Notes: generated by a model from the letters alone, not told the origin. Shown: positions 19,822 to 31,100, counted from the stretch's first letter. The stretch: 64,000 nucleotides of DNA from Bacteroidales bacterium (GCA_049654165.1 JBASHR010000108.1:7999-71998); one strand, 5' to 3'. Made by a program: numbers and translations.

Positions 19822-21699
19822 ATGAAAAATCGAATATTACTTCTTTTTAGTTTAGCGATACAATTATCGGTAATCGGTCAAACATTTACAGATATAACAT
19901 CCCAATCAGGGATTAATGTTTTGTCAGGGCTTGGCGATGCCGTATTATGGATTGATTACAATAATGATGGATGGCTTGACTTTTTTGGTTCAACTGATAA
20001 TGAGACTGTTTTCTATCATAATAATGGTGATGGCACCTTTACTGATATTTCAGTTCAATCAGGGCTCTCCACAACAACTCCCCATGGTCTTGCCGTTGGC
20101 GATTATGATGGAGATGGTTACACTGATATTCTTCTGTCATCAATCAATTCAGGTGAACCTCTAAAAGTTTATCGCAACAATTCAGGAAATGGATTTATTG
20201 AAGCCTTTAATACGGGTGTCCCATCAAATCGTGGGATTTGGTTAGATTACGATTGTGATGGTCATTTGGATATATTTTGTCTTACATGGACCGGCACGCC
20301 TTATCTATTCAGAAATGATGGCAACGGAAGTTTTGAAGATGTAACGCAGAATATGGGATTTAATCAATCTTCTGGTACAACAGCCTCGGTTTCTGATTAT
20401 AACAATGATGGATTTCCTGATATTTATTGTGCATATCACTCAACTACAAAAACAAATCGCTTGTATAAAAATATTGCAGGTATGGGATTCGAAGATGTAA
20501 CTATTGCTGCTGCTGTAGGTGATTACAGAAAGAGTGTGGCTGTTGCATGGGGAGATTATAATGATGATGGATGGACGGATTTGTATTTTGCCAATATTAG
20601 TTCTAATCGTAATGTACTGTTTCATAATAACGGAAATGGGAAATTCACTGATAAAACCATAACCGCCGGTGTTGGAGATGTAGGGGATGCCAGAACCTGT
20701 GCCTGGATTGATTATAATAATGATGGTTATCTTGATCTGTTTACCACCAACCATGTAAATCCAAACAGGTTACATAAAAACAATGGAAACGGAACTTTTA
20801 CCAATATTGCACCTCAGGCAAATATAAATGGTCCTTCTGATGGTTTTACGATTAGCTGGGGTGATTTTGACCGCGACGGTGACCTGGATATCCTGTTTGC
20901 CGGGCATTCATTTGGAATTGTATTATTACGGAACGATGGAGGTAATGCACAAAATTTTTTAAATATCACTCTGGAAGGAACATTTGATAACAGAAGTGGA
21001 ATTGGAAGCCGGGTAACAGTGTTTGCAAACGACAGGCAGCAAATAAGAGAAATAAACGGTGGGCGTGGTGCATCTTCTCAGGATGCACTTGCATTACACC
21101 TCGGACTTGGCAATGCTCAAATTGTTGACAGTATCCATATTTTATGGCCTAGCGGTATGTTACAGAAACTATATAATATTAATGCAAACCAGTTCATTAC
21201 CATCCAGCAGGAAGGTAATGTACCACCCCGGATTTTCCGTTTGATTGAACCTTTACCTGATATTTCTGATGCAAACAAGGGTGTCGTATTTAAATGGACA
21301 GCAAGTTATGACCCTGACATGGGCAATACAATTGATTATTATCTGCATATTGAGAATCCAAATCAAAGTACAGTTTATGGCCCCGTTCAGGATACAACAT
21401 TAAATATAACGCCCGCATCATGGATGAGCGCTGATTCAACATATTGGTATGTTAATGCCAGCGATGGCATTGATATGCGCCGGAGCTGGGAAAAATGGAA
21501 ATTCAGTTATACAAGCACTACCGTTCCCGGAGATGCAAATTGCGACGGTATTGTAAATATACTTGATATCATTTGTATAGCTAATTATATAGCAGGACAA
21601 AATCCTGATCCTTTTTGTTTTGAAAATGCAGATGTTTCAGGAGATGGCATTATTAATCTTATTGATATTATTCTCACTATTAATATAATTATTGAGTAA
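19822..21699 (+). CDS. Secreted FG-GAP/VCBS-repeat protein with an ASPIC/UnbV-like region, an Ig/Fn3-like module and a C-terminal dockerin-type module
   Basis: It has a signal peptide. Repeats of the DYNNDGWLDFF / DYDGDGYTDIL / DYDCDGHLDIF type are present. RSGIGSRVTVF...EINGGRGASSQD resembles ASPIC/UnbV. The dockerin tail is at 21529-21696. Confidence 0.8.
   Translation: MKNRILLLFSLAIQLSVIGQTFTDITSQSGINVLSGLGDAVLWIDYNNDGWLDFFGSTDNETVFYHNNGDGTFTDISVQSGLSTTTPHGLAVGDYDGDGYTDILLSSINSGEPLKVYRNNSGNGFIEAFNTGVPSNRGIWLDYDCDGHLDIFCLTWTGTPYLFRNDGNGSFEDVTQNMGFNQSSGTTASVSDYNNDGFPDIYCAYHSTTKTNRLYKNIAGMGFEDVTIAAAVGDYRKSVAVAWGDYNDDGWTDLYFANISSNRNVLFHNNGNGKFTDKTITAGVGDVGDARTCAWIDYNNDGYLDLFTTNHVNPNRLHKNNGNGTFTNIAPQANINGPSDGFTISWGDFDRDGDLDILFAGHSFGIVLLRNDGGNAQNFLNITLEGTFDNRSGIGSRVTVFANDRQQIREINGGRGASSQDALALHLGLGNAQIVDSIHILWPSGMLQKLYNINANQFITIQQEGNVPPRIFRLIEPLPDISDANKGVVFKWTASYDPDMGNTIDYYLHIENPNQSTVYGPVQDTTLNITPASWMSADSTYWYVNASDGIDMRRSWEKWKFSYTSTTVPGDANCDGIVNILDIICIANYIAGQNPDPFCFENADVSGDGIINLIDIILTINIIIE
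21529..21696 (+). other. Dockerin-type module, copy 2
   Basis: The sequence is GDANCDGIVNILDIICIANYIAGQNPDPFCFENADVSGDGIINLIDIILTINIIIE. Confidence 0.75.
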
Positions 21700-21825
21700 C
21701 TTAATAATTAAATCCAACAATTGATTATTAAAGCTCAGATTAAGGAATAGCGTTCTTTTGAGGAAGGGAAATGGATATATAATACGGGAGAAAAGTGATT
21801 TCTTCATGTTTGGTTTGTTGTTTGG

Positions 21826-21854
21826 GGAGCGAATATCACTATTCGCTCCTTTTT
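21826..21854 (+). terminator. Rho-independent terminator
   Basis: A perfect 10-bp stem GGAGCGAATA/TATTCGCTCC with loop TCAC is followed by TTTTT. Confidence 0.8.
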
Positions 21855-22021
21855 AAGAAGATATATCTAAAATAAAATATCAGGAATATGTTTTTCCTGA
21901 CTAAAAAACAAATATATGAAGTCATTGATTATTAATTACGACTCTCTACCTCCGTAATAAAGCCATAGATTATTTATTAAGTTAATTTATATCCTTTTAT
22001 GTCTCATTAAAATTTAAAATC

Positions 22022-25000
22022 ATGAAAAAATTATTACTTTTTTTTGTTGCTATGCTTTTAGGGCTTTTAAGCCTTAAAGCTGTTGATGTGCAAATTGGTT
22101 CCGGGGAAAATACAAATTTTAATTTTCCTATTAATTCCTGTTATGGTTATAATTATAGCCAGCAAATTTATTTACAAAGTGAGATTAATGATGCAGGAGG
22201 TGGTTCGGGAGATATAACTAAAATAAGGTTTTATTATGACTTTGGTGGGTCGCTTTTTAATACTTGGAAAAACTGGACAATATATCTGGGTAATACTACC
22301 AAAGCTTCTTTTACAAATACATCGAACTGGGTTCCTGTTGACCAGTTAACGCAGGTCTTTTCAGGAGATATTCCGACACCAGTTGCAGGGACATGGCTTG
22401 AGATAACCTTGCAAACTCCATTTAATTACACTGGAAACAATATAGTTGTGGCTGTAAATGAAACTTCCCCTGAGTATAGTTGTACTGCTGCCTGGCGTTC
22501 ATATACAGTAAGCTCAAACCGCGCATTAATTCATTATAATGATAACAACATTGTAGATCCTGCCAATCCACCTGTAGCCAATGTGGGGCCCGGTACGACA
22601 ATGGCTCAGATTCAATTTGATATGGCTGCATTTGTACCTACAACTCCGCCAAACTGTGCACAGTTGATCAGCCCTTTAAATAACCAGACAGTATTACTTA
22701 CCCAAACTCTAAACTGGATAAGTGGAGGTGGTGCTCCTACTTCTTATGATGTTTATTTTGGAACAAGTAATCCGCCTGAATTCATTCAAAATCAGAGTGG
22801 AACTACTTACACTCCATCACTTGTTGCGGGGCAAACCTATTACTGGCAAATTGTTCCCCGCAATAGCATAGGACCTTCTGAAGGATGCCCTGTGAGGAGT
22901 TTTAAAACAGCTACTCAAACACAACTTTTTGAAAGCTTTGAATCATTAACATTTCCTCCCTTAGGCTGGACTAACCCTGGTACATTTCTCAGAAACACCG
23001 GTTATAAATATCATGGTACTGCTTCTGCATATAAATACACTACTGCTGCTCAAAGTTTACTCACAACTCCGTTATTAACAGTTACTCCTGAAAGCAAACT
23101 GGAATTTTATGTTTTAACTACTGCAACAACCAATACTCAGAGAATTCAGATTAAATATTCAACTGATCGTGAAAACTGGCTCAATATCAGTCCCCCTTTG
23201 CCAATTCCCACTACTTCAAAATTTGAGTATTTTAGTGTAGATCTTGGTTCCCTTGCTGGAGAAAAATCAGATTATTATTTTGCTTTTGCAGTATTTTCCA
23301 TGAGTTCAGGTGCACAGGTATATATTGATCATGTTTTTGGTCCTGAAATCGCACCTGTAATGCCAGGACCTCCTGTACTAACAAGCCCGGCAAATAATGC
23401 CGTAAACGTATCCAATAAACCTGAGCTTTCATGGAACCCATCAGCATCGGGAGGAATTCCAAATGGTTATAAGATCTATATCGGGACTTCACCCGAACCC
23501 ACATCTGAATGGGCTGATGTTACAGCTTCACCTTATATGGTGTTGCCGCCTTTAGAGTATTCAACAACTTATTACTGGAGAGTTGGTGCTTATAATGCTG
23601 CGGGCGAAGCATTAAGTGAAACACGATCGTTTACAGTTATGGATGATCCAACAATTTATTCATTTCCATGGGTGGAAAATTTTGGATTTTTAGCAAGTGA
23701 TCCTTTCCCACCTTTTAATTGGACAATGCATAGTGGTGTTCTTGCTAATCCGACTGTTTTAGGAAAACATCCTTCCGGGTTCTGGGTGAAGGACGATTGG
23801 CTAAACAATGCCAATATACCTAATAAAGCAGCAAGAATTTATATGGCACTTGCTAATAATGGATGGCTGATCACTCCACCTGTCATGATTCCTGAAGAAG
23901 GTTATGAATTGTCATTCGACCTGGCTTTAATGGCGTACAATTCCGCTAATCCCCCTCAACAAAGCGGCACAGATGATATATTTACGGTTCTTATAGGAGA
24001 CGGAACTAGCTGGACTCCTGCAAATATTGTAAGACAATGGGACAATCAGGGTTCTGAATATGTGTATAATCAAATACCTAATACAGGCATGAAGGTTACT
24101 ATTCCATTAAACGAACCAGGATTAATACAAATAGCTTTTTATGGAATTTCCACAGTATACAATGCTGCCAATGATCTGATGATAGATAATGTTACTATAA
24201 TGAAGTCTACCAACTGCTTGCCACCAACTAACCTTTTGGTTTCAAATATAAGCAGCTCATCGGCAGATATATCATGGACGGCAGGTTCCGATGAATCATT
24301 ATGGAATATCAAATATGGAGCTGTGGGATTTAATCCTTATACAGGCGGAAATTTAATTGCGGGATTAGAAAACAACGCATTTACAATTACAGGTTTACAG
24401 ACTATTACTAAATATCATGTTTATATTCAGGCTAATTGTGGAGGCGGCGATATCAGTCTTTGGGCTGGACCAATATTATTTGAAACATTATGCGCTCCCT
24501 TTTCACTTCCGTTTACTGAAGATTTTTCCGGCACAGCATCTGATCAGATACCAGGATGCTGGTCAAAAGCAGGATTAGGGGAAGGAGCCTGGGGTGTGAA
24601 AAATTCTAACTATGCTGGTGGAACAAGTCCGGAAATGAAACTCAATTATAGTCCATCGTTTATAGGAATATCAAAAATAATCACACCGGTTTTATTAACC
24701 GGGGGTGCCAGTAATTTCACAATATCATTAAAACAACGTTTGGATTTTTATTGGCTCTATGAAGGAGCTTATATTTCAATTGAATTTTCAGTTGATGATG
24801 GGCAAAACTGGTCAGTAATCTGGCAACATTTCATTGAGGGACAATACAGTTCTATAAATGATGAGTTTGATTTTGAACTTCCAAAAAACACGGAAGATTT
24901 CTTAATAGCCTTTACATATTTTGGCGATAATTATAACAATATCAATGGCTGGCATTTTGATGATATAAGCATTGTTGCAAAAGAAGAACCTGGTCCTGAA

Positions 25001-25579
25001 CCAACCTTGTCAGTAACTGGTGAGGTGGATGGCTGCTACGATGCAACAGAAATTGTTACTATTTCAAATGCTCAGGTAGGATCAGGAAGTATCGGAGAGT
25101 TCAGAGCTGGAATAAGTATAAATGCAACAGACTTTACTGTTTTTGAAAATGCTACGGCAAACTTGTATGCCGGTACTAATATTGTCCTTGGCGAAGGCGT
25201 TCGTATTGCTGAAGGGGCATACTTTTTTGCAGGTATTATGGAAGAAATCACATATTGCGAACAAGCTGCTACCATGGTTACAGCCAAATCAGAAGAGATT
25301 GTTCCTGCTGTGATCATGAATCCTGAAACAACAGAATCTGTATTTACATTATTCCCTAATCCTTCAACCGGACGCTTTACTTTACTGATGAAAGAAACCG
25401 ATGATACTTCAACCATCAATATTGAAATATTTGATATGATGGGCGAAAAAATACTACAAACACAACTCTTTGGTCAGAATCATCATGAATTTGATCTTAC
25501 TAACAGTCCAAAGGGAATATACATCTTACGTATATTAAATGGAAAGCAGACAAGCATAGAAAAACTGATTAAACATTAG
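22022..25579 (+). CDS. Large T9SS-secreted cell-surface (adhesin-like) protein with repeated Fn3/Ig-like modules
   Basis: It has a signal peptide. At least two Fn3-like modules end in TYYWQIVPRN and TYYWRVGAYN, and a third is LPPTNLLVSNISSSSADISWT. The C-terminal Por/T9SS sorting domain reads LFPNPSTGRFTL...GIYILRILNGKQTSIEKLIKH. Confidence 0.8.
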   Translation: MKKLLLFFVAMLLGLLSLKAVDVQIGSGENTNFNFPINSCYGYNYSQQIYLQSEINDAGGGSGDITKIRFYYDFGGSLFNTWKNWTIYLGNTTKASFTNTSNWVPVDQLTQVFSGDIPTPVAGTWLEITLQTPFNYTGNNIVVAVNETSPEYSCTAAWRSYTVSSNRALIHYNDNNIVDPANPPVANVGPGTTMAQIQFDMAAFVPTTPPNCAQLISPLNNQTVLLTQTLNWISGGGAPTSYDVYFGTSNPPEFIQNQSGTTYTPSLVAGQTYYWQIVPRNSIGPSEGCPVRSFKTATQTQLFESFESLTFPPLGWTNPGTFLRNTGYKYHGTASAYKYTTAAQSLLTTPLLTVTPESKLEFYVLTTATTNTQRIQIKYSTDRENWLNISPPLPIPTTSKFEYFSVDLGSLAGEKSDYYFAFAVFSMSSGAQVYIDHVFGPEIAPVMPGPPVLTSPANNAVNVSNKPELSWNPSASGGIPNGYKIYIGTSPEPTSEWADVTASPYMVLPPLEYSTTYYWRVGAYNAAGEALSETRSFTVMDDPTIYSFPWVENFGFLASDPFPPFNWTMHSGVLANPTVLGKHPSGFWVKDDWLNNANIPNKAARIYMALANNGWLITPPVMIPEEGYELSFDLALMAYNSANPPQQSGTDDIFTVLIGDGTSWTPANIVRQWDNQGSEYVYNQIPNTGMKVTIPLNEPGLIQIAFYGISTVYNAANDLMIDNVTIMKSTNCLPPTNLLVSNISSSSADISWTAGSDESLWNIKYGAVGFNPYTGGNLIAGLENNAFTITGLQTITKYHVYIQANCGGGDISLWAGPILFETLCAPFSLPFTEDFSGTASDQIPGCWSKAGLGEGAWGVKNSNYAGGTSPEMKLNYSPSFIGISKIITPVLLTGGASNFTISLKQRLDFYWLYEGAYISIEFSVDDGQNWSVIWQHFIEGQYSSINDEFDFELPKNTEDFLIAFTYFGDNYNNINGWHFDDISIVAKEEPGPEPTLSVTGEVDGCYDATEIVTISNAQVGSGSIGEFRAGISINATDFTVFENATANLYAGTNIVLGEGVRIAEGAYFFAGIMEEITYCEQAATMVTAKSEEIVPAVIMNPETTESVFTLFPNPSTGRFTLLMKETDDTSTINIEIFDMMGEKILQTQLFGQNHHEFDLTNSPKGIYILRILNGKQTSIEKLIKH
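25334..25576 (+). other. T9SS C-terminal sorting domain (CTD)
   Basis: The last ~80 aa contain FTLFPNPSTG and KGIYILRI, which are characteristic of type-A CTDs. Confidence 0.7.
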
Positions 25580-25625
25580 CCTCCTCTCTTTCTTTCTGTC
25601 TGCTAAAAGCGTCATAACAGATGCA

Positions 25626-25661
25626 AACCCCGTCACGGATCCATTTCCTGACGGGGTTTTT
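25626..25661. terminator. Bidirectional terminator between convergent genes
   Basis: The stem is AACCCCGTCA/TGACGGGGTT, flanked by A-rich sequence upstream and TTTT downstream. Confidence 0.75.
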
Positions 25662-25755
25662 AAAATAAAAACCTGTTATACAGTGATTCGGAAAAAAATT
25701 ACGATCTAAGCGGTTATAAAAGCAGGTTCCGTATTAAATTATATTTTCTAAAAAA

Positions 25756-27417
25756 TCAGTCTTTTCTTAAAATGATATTGACCGTACCAATAACATCCAG
25801 CAGGTTAACCTCTCCATCCTGATTTACATCTGCACTTTCAAAACAGAAGGGTTCTGGTGCCAAACCAACTGTATATGCAACAGTGGTTATCACATCCATT
25901 ACATCAACAGTTCCATCGCAGTTTGAGTCGCCAAGCATAAATGGAATAACTGCAGTATGAACAAATCCTGCACGATCGTTACTTCCTTTATATGTTCCCC
26001 ACAAAACATTAGCTTGTGAAACAGGTACCTGCAAATCATACACATTCACAAAAGCTGAGTCAGAAACACTGAAATTCTGTTCATACGAGAAAGCCACAAG
26101 GTCAAGCATTCCGTCGCCATTTACATCACCCAGGTTAACACCATTCATAAAAGTAAAGCCAAACGGGCGCAGTGGAAAACCGTCCAGTTCACCTGTTCCG
26201 TCAATATTATAGGCGTGTATAAAACCTTTATCCTCAATTTTTAGGTTACTTCCAAATATCAGATTCTGCTGACCATCGCCATCAATATCGGCTACGCTTA
26301 TAAATCCTTCCAATCCACCTGATTTAACAATAGGATAATTATCCATTAATGAACCATCGGCATTAAATCCAAAAACAACAGGTTCTGGTTGTTCTGAGAT
26401 AGGACGACTCATAAAAATCTTGTAATTACCTGTTCCGTCAATATCAACAACAGTTGGAGGAGAATAGGTCCAGCTATTGTCCGGAACGGGAAAAGGCCAT
26501 CCGGTTCTGTATGTTCCATCGCTATTTCTTGCATAAAACTTTGGTGAATCTCCATGGGTTGAACCTACAATACTAAGAAGATTGTTACCATCTAAATCAA
26601 CCAAAACCGGTGACTGGTAAGAAAACTTATAATCGTCTGTAGGAACCGGGAAACCAGGTTTATTCTGCGCATTTATATCAAGGGCATACAAGGTGCCATC
26701 AGAGATTCCGGTTATTATCTCCATTGCACCATCATTGTCAATATCAGCCACTGAAGCAGTAACTGCCGGTATACCGGCAAGAGTAAGAGGCCAGTGTTCA
26801 TTAAGCGGGGTACCATCAAGCTTTAGCACATGCAGGTTGTTTGAAGTACGGGTTTGAACAATGATTTCTTTGAATCCGTCGCCTGATACATCGGCAATTG
26901 TTGGTGCGCATAATATCCAATGATTACTGAAACTAACAGGCCATCCCGGATGGTCATTACCATTGACATCCAATAAATAAACCCTTCCATTATTTGGGAT
27001 ACCACCTGTAACCTGTACAATACCCAAAGTTCCATTACCATCAAGATCGGCTACTGAAGGCGGATAAATTGCAGTTCCTGTGAGGTTTTTACTCCACAAC
27101 AGAGTACCGTCACCTTTTAGAACCCTAAGTACACCATATGATCCAACAAGGATTTCATCAGCACCATCACCATCAATATCAGCAAGGGTAACACCACGCA
27201 TGTTTTTAAAATTGGGGTGTGCCCCTACTTTAACAGGGAAACCGGGCAACTGACTGTATTTACTACCGCTTTCAGCAGGATATGGAGGAATGTCCATTAG
27301 TTTGGTTTCGGTAAGAACCTCGCCATCAGGACCCAAAAATGCACGGCTTACCTCTACCTGCGTTAAAGCAAGCAAAGGAAAAGCCAGCATAATCAAAAAG
27401 ATAATTTGTTTTTTCAT
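25756..27417 (-). CDS. Secreted FG-GAP/VCBS-repeat beta-propeller protein with a C-terminal dockerin-type module
   Basis: The signal peptide is MKKQIIFLIMLAFPLLALTQ, so I use the start at 27417. Eight repeats of the ADIDGDGADEILVGS / ADLDGNGTLGIV / ADIDNDGAMEIITG type are present. The dockerin tail is at 25759-25932. Confidence 0.8.
   Translation of the reverse strand: MKKQIIFLIMLAFPLLALTQVEVSRAFLGPDGEVLTETKLMDIPPYPAESGSKYSQLPGFPVKVGAHPNFKNMRGVTLADIDGDGADEILVGSYGVLRVLKGDGTLLWSKNLTGTAIYPPSVADLDGNGTLGIVQVTGGIPNNGRVYLLDVNGNDHPGWPVSFSNHWILCAPTIADVSGDGFKEIIVQTRTSNNLHVLKLDGTPLNEHWPLTLAGIPAVTASVADIDNDGAMEIITGISDGTLYALDINAQNKPGFPVPTDDYKFSYQSPVLVDLDGNNLLSIVGSTHGDSPKFYARNSDGTYRTGWPFPVPDNSWTYSPPTVVDIDGTGNYKIFMSRPISEQPEPVVFGFNADGSLMDNYPIVKSGGLEGFISVADIDGDGQQNLIFGSNLKIEDKGFIHAYNIDGTGELDGFPLRPFGFTFMNGVNLGDVNGDGMLDLVAFSYEQNFSVSDSAFVNVYDLQVPVSQANVLWGTYKGSNDRAGFVHTAVIPFMLGDSNCDGTVDVMDVITTVAYTVGLAPEPFCFESADVNQDGEVNLLDVIGTVNIILRKD
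25759..25932 (-). other. Dockerin-type module, copy 3
   Basis: The sequence is GDSNCDGTVDVMDVITTVAYTVGLAPEPFCFESADVNQDGEVNLLDVIGTVNIILRKD. Confidence 0.75.
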
Positions 27418-27476
27418 AACAACAGATTTAATGAATAATGATTGCAATAAATCACACTATTGGTGAATTAATAACA

Positions 27477-27484
27477 CAAAATTA
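27477..27484 (-). promoter_or_regulatory. -7 box TAATTTTG upstream of the FG-GAP/dockerin gene
   Basis: The minus strand reads TTGATAATTTTGTG. It lies 60 nt upstream of the ATG at 27417. Confidence 0.4.
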
Positions 27485-27541
27485 TCAATAAACATTAAAT
27501 CTGCAAGGGCGAAAGCATTTTTCAATCCAGTAGCATAGATT

Positions 27542-28039
27542 TTATAATGCTGCTATAGCTTTTTCGTAATCGGGTTCCTGAACAATTTCAGGTACAAGCT
27601 CGGTATAAATGACTTTTCCGGTTTCATCAACTACCACAACGCTACGGGCTAACAAACCGGCCAAAGGACCATCAATAATGCAAACGCCATAATCTTTCGC
27701 AAATTCACTATTGCGAAAAGCTGAGAGCGACACAACGTTGTTAATGCCTTCAGTAGTACAGAAACGTCCCATTGCAAATGGCAAGTCCTTTGAGATAGCC
27801 AGCACAACAGTATTTTTCATACCGGCGGCTTTTTCGTTGAATTTACGAACCGAAGCAGCACATACATCAGTATCAAGACTTGGGAAAATATTCAATACAA
27901 CTTTTTTACCTTTGAGTTCTGATAAAGTTAATTCGCTAAGATCAGATTTTACCAGTTTAAAGTCATGGGCCTGTGAACCGATTGCCGGCAAATCGCCGGA
28001 AGTGTGAATAGCATTTCCTTTAAGTGTTATTGTAGCCAT
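27542..28039 (-). CDS. tpx: Thiol peroxidase (atypical 2-Cys peroxiredoxin)
   Basis: The peroxidatic Cys context is [13 protein letters not shown]. Length is 165 aa. Confidence 0.9.
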   Translation of the reverse strand: MATITLKGNAIHTSGDLPAIGSQAHDFKLVKSDLSELTLSELKGKKVVLNIFPSLDTDVCAASVRKFNEKAAGMKNTVVLAISKDLPFAMGRFCTTEGINNVVSLSAFRNSEFAKDYGVCIIDGPLAGLLARSVVVVDETGKVIYTELVPEIVQEPDYEKAIAAL

Positions 28040-28143
28040 TTTTCTAAAATTTTAAAGATTATTAAATTTATTCGTTGTTTTGTTTAAGAAACAATGAACA
28101 ATGGTTTTTAGTTCATCAAAAAAGAAAAATTGCTGAAAAAACA

Positions 28144-31100
28144 TCAAAAATCGGTTCCAAACGACAGATAAAACACTGGTTTTAAGAACCTTCTATCCTC
28201 AAAACCCCATGCCACATCTGCACGGACAAAATATCCCAGCAATGAAGTTCTGATTCCTGTACCAAGCCCGGAAACTACAGGCTCTTTCTGTATTTCAATC
28301 CAGCCACTTAACGGCTGCTGTTCAAAATGCTTGCGGAATAAATGATTACCCGGCATGAACGGATGTAAACCTGTCCATGCTGTACCGGCATCGGCAAAGC
28401 CAATTATCTGAAAATCATTAATAAACTGCATGCTGATAGGTCGTTTGAGAAAATATCTGAACACAGGGAAACGCAATTCGGTATTAATCACAACAAAGCT
28501 ATTGCCATTCCTTATATTTTGCTGAAACCCCCGAAGGTTTGTTGCAAGTGTCTGATAAGCAAAAGGCCGTGTATGGTCAATATTCATCTCCTGATCAAAT
28601 TTTGGTAAAAGCCAGTTGTCAACACCACCTAAATAATACATCAGCAGATTGTTACCAAATGAGGTACTGGCTGCAAACCGGTTCGCCCATATAAAGTTAC
28701 GGTGAATTGGCAAATAATTTCTCAGGTCTGCACCCAGAACTACCATATTGTTATGGTCTTTGGTAATTCCCTGATAATATTCACCAAACAGTTTACCACG
28801 CGTACCCTGAAACAAATTTGTGCCTAACGATTTACTATCATCATAGATCAGCTCAGCTTTGAATCCTGCCCAATTCCTTGTTTGATCAGCTTCCTGTAAA
28901 CTTATACGATCCAGGGCGAGATATACTGCTTTATCATTTTTTAAAACCAGGCTGCTTTTCAGACTAAGTACACGTGTAAACGGCCAGGTTAAGATATAAT
29001 GAAACTCATGAACCCTGTGACGCACCAAAGAATGATAATATCGTATGGTCTGTGATTCACGGGTTTCATCAATAGTCTGGCGATAAAACAAATATTCCTT
29101 ATTTAATCTGTGCTTATAATTCTTTAAACTTAACAGGTACTCATTATTAACAAAATCAGGACTTAGACGCACCCCTCCAATAATTCTGTAATCTTCAAGC
29201 AGATCAACTAATGAGACACTTAAAAATGCATTTAACCCGGGGCTTAAGAACAGCGGACTTTTACTGCCTGTAAAAGGCTGATATGTAGCAGCCATATAGG
29301 TAAAATCAAGCTGGTTAACCAACTGATCAATAAAATATTCCACATTATAATTCAACCTTTTAGGCACTCTGAACTTATCAACAGTATCCTTTGTTTTCTC
29401 AGGTTGCACTTCCAATCGCCTAGGTATTAGCTCTTGCGGAACTGTATCAGTAAAAAGTTCATGATCCGATTCAACAATATCGTCAATATGAATTTTTGAT
29501 TCAACCTCATTTTCCATTACACTGCGAAAACGTTTTGGTTTTATTGCTGCCGGTTTCTCCTGAGCGCCTTCCTTTTTCGGTATTTCAGGTAGGTTTTGAA
29601 ATTTAGCTGCAACATAAGGTGAAATTCCTGGATGTGTAGCAACAAGCTCTTCAGGAGATTCAAGTGGCTGAATTCCAATAAAATACTTATCTTTATAAAA
29701 AACAATTTCGCCAAGCAGCCCTGCCGAGTGGTTTATATCATATGAAACAATATCGCCCGGGTAATCAGTTACAGCCATTGATTCAACAAAATACCGGTAA
29801 TGAGTAGCTGTGTCAACATAGGCTATAACACTGTCGAACCGGCCTAAATAGCGGTTTGTTATACCACTTTCATCACTCAGGTACGAAAAATAGTTCTTTT
29901 CGTATTCAAGGGGGTGAGTTTGATTTGATGCGGGCTCATAGATCATGCGCCGCAAGGTTTTGCTTTTATTACTGCGATCGTACATAAATAAATTATAATA
30001 GCCCGATGCAGGCTGAAAATCAAACCTGGTAGTCAGGTCCAGAGAATCAGCAGGACGTTTTGAATTGAAAAGCACCCTGCCGGATTTGTTTATAAATGCC
30101 GGAGTATTGTCGTCAAAAATATCATTGGTTATTTTTTCAAAAGAATTTGAAGGAATATGATAAAGATAAAGATCAGTCTCTCCTTTTTGAACCCCTGATA
30201 AAACAAAATAGAAACCATCGTCAGAATATTGAAAATGAAGCACTTTTTCAAAATTAACCATATGTTGCTGAGTGATATCCTTGTCATCCAGATTATAAAA
30301 GTACAGGTTCAGGAATCCTTTATCTTCGGCTATAATAGCCAGTAGCCTGCCCGAAGGATGCCAGGCAATCAGTGGATAAGACAGATCAATTATTTCTTCG
30401 AGCCGGTATCCTCCCCGGAGCAACACCCGCTTTTTATTGGTAAACATGTCGTGAAGGATCACCTTATAACGCCCAAGATGGTTCGAAACATAAGTAATAT
30501 GACGTCCGTCAGGACAAATGCGAAGATTCTTATAAACCTCACCATTACGGTTCTTTATATTTATACTCTTTGCAGCGCTTGGCAGATTCTGACCTGATGG
30601 TTCATACATTTCCTGATAATACTCTTTCCATTCCTTAAGCAGAGTCTTCAACGAAATGCCAAGAATGTAGACTATTCCATTTTCAAGGCTACGACCAAGC
30701 CGGTTCATATAAACCAGATTCGACAGCATGGTTTCACCATATTTATCGGCAATATATTTCCAAACCGAGTGGCCTGCATACATAGCATCCTGACCCTCAA
30801 GCTGGTTAAAGCGTTTATAGCGATTGCTCAGAAAGGCATTTCTGACAATATTATCGGTTTCAACACTCCATGGCTCTGCAATGTACGAAACCAACCCATT
30901 AATATACCATTGTGGCAGCTTTGACATTGCAGAAGAAACTACCTGACTGCTGATACTGCCTCCGTATAATGACTGCTGAATAAGCACATGCGCAATCCCG
31001 GCCCGTATCTGCCTGTCGAAATGATTGTAATTACCATCGAAATACAGAAAAACGCGTTTGCCTACTATATGGGTAATTCCTCCTGTGTTGTAGGTGTATT

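Noticed and set aside
21806-21950. Tiny ORFs (15-16 aa) lie in the intergenic region upstream of the 1185-aa gene, as does a 15-aa ORF at 10800-10847.
   Set aside because: They are too short and have no supporting signal. One spans the terminator hairpin, so its sequence is dictated by RNA structure.
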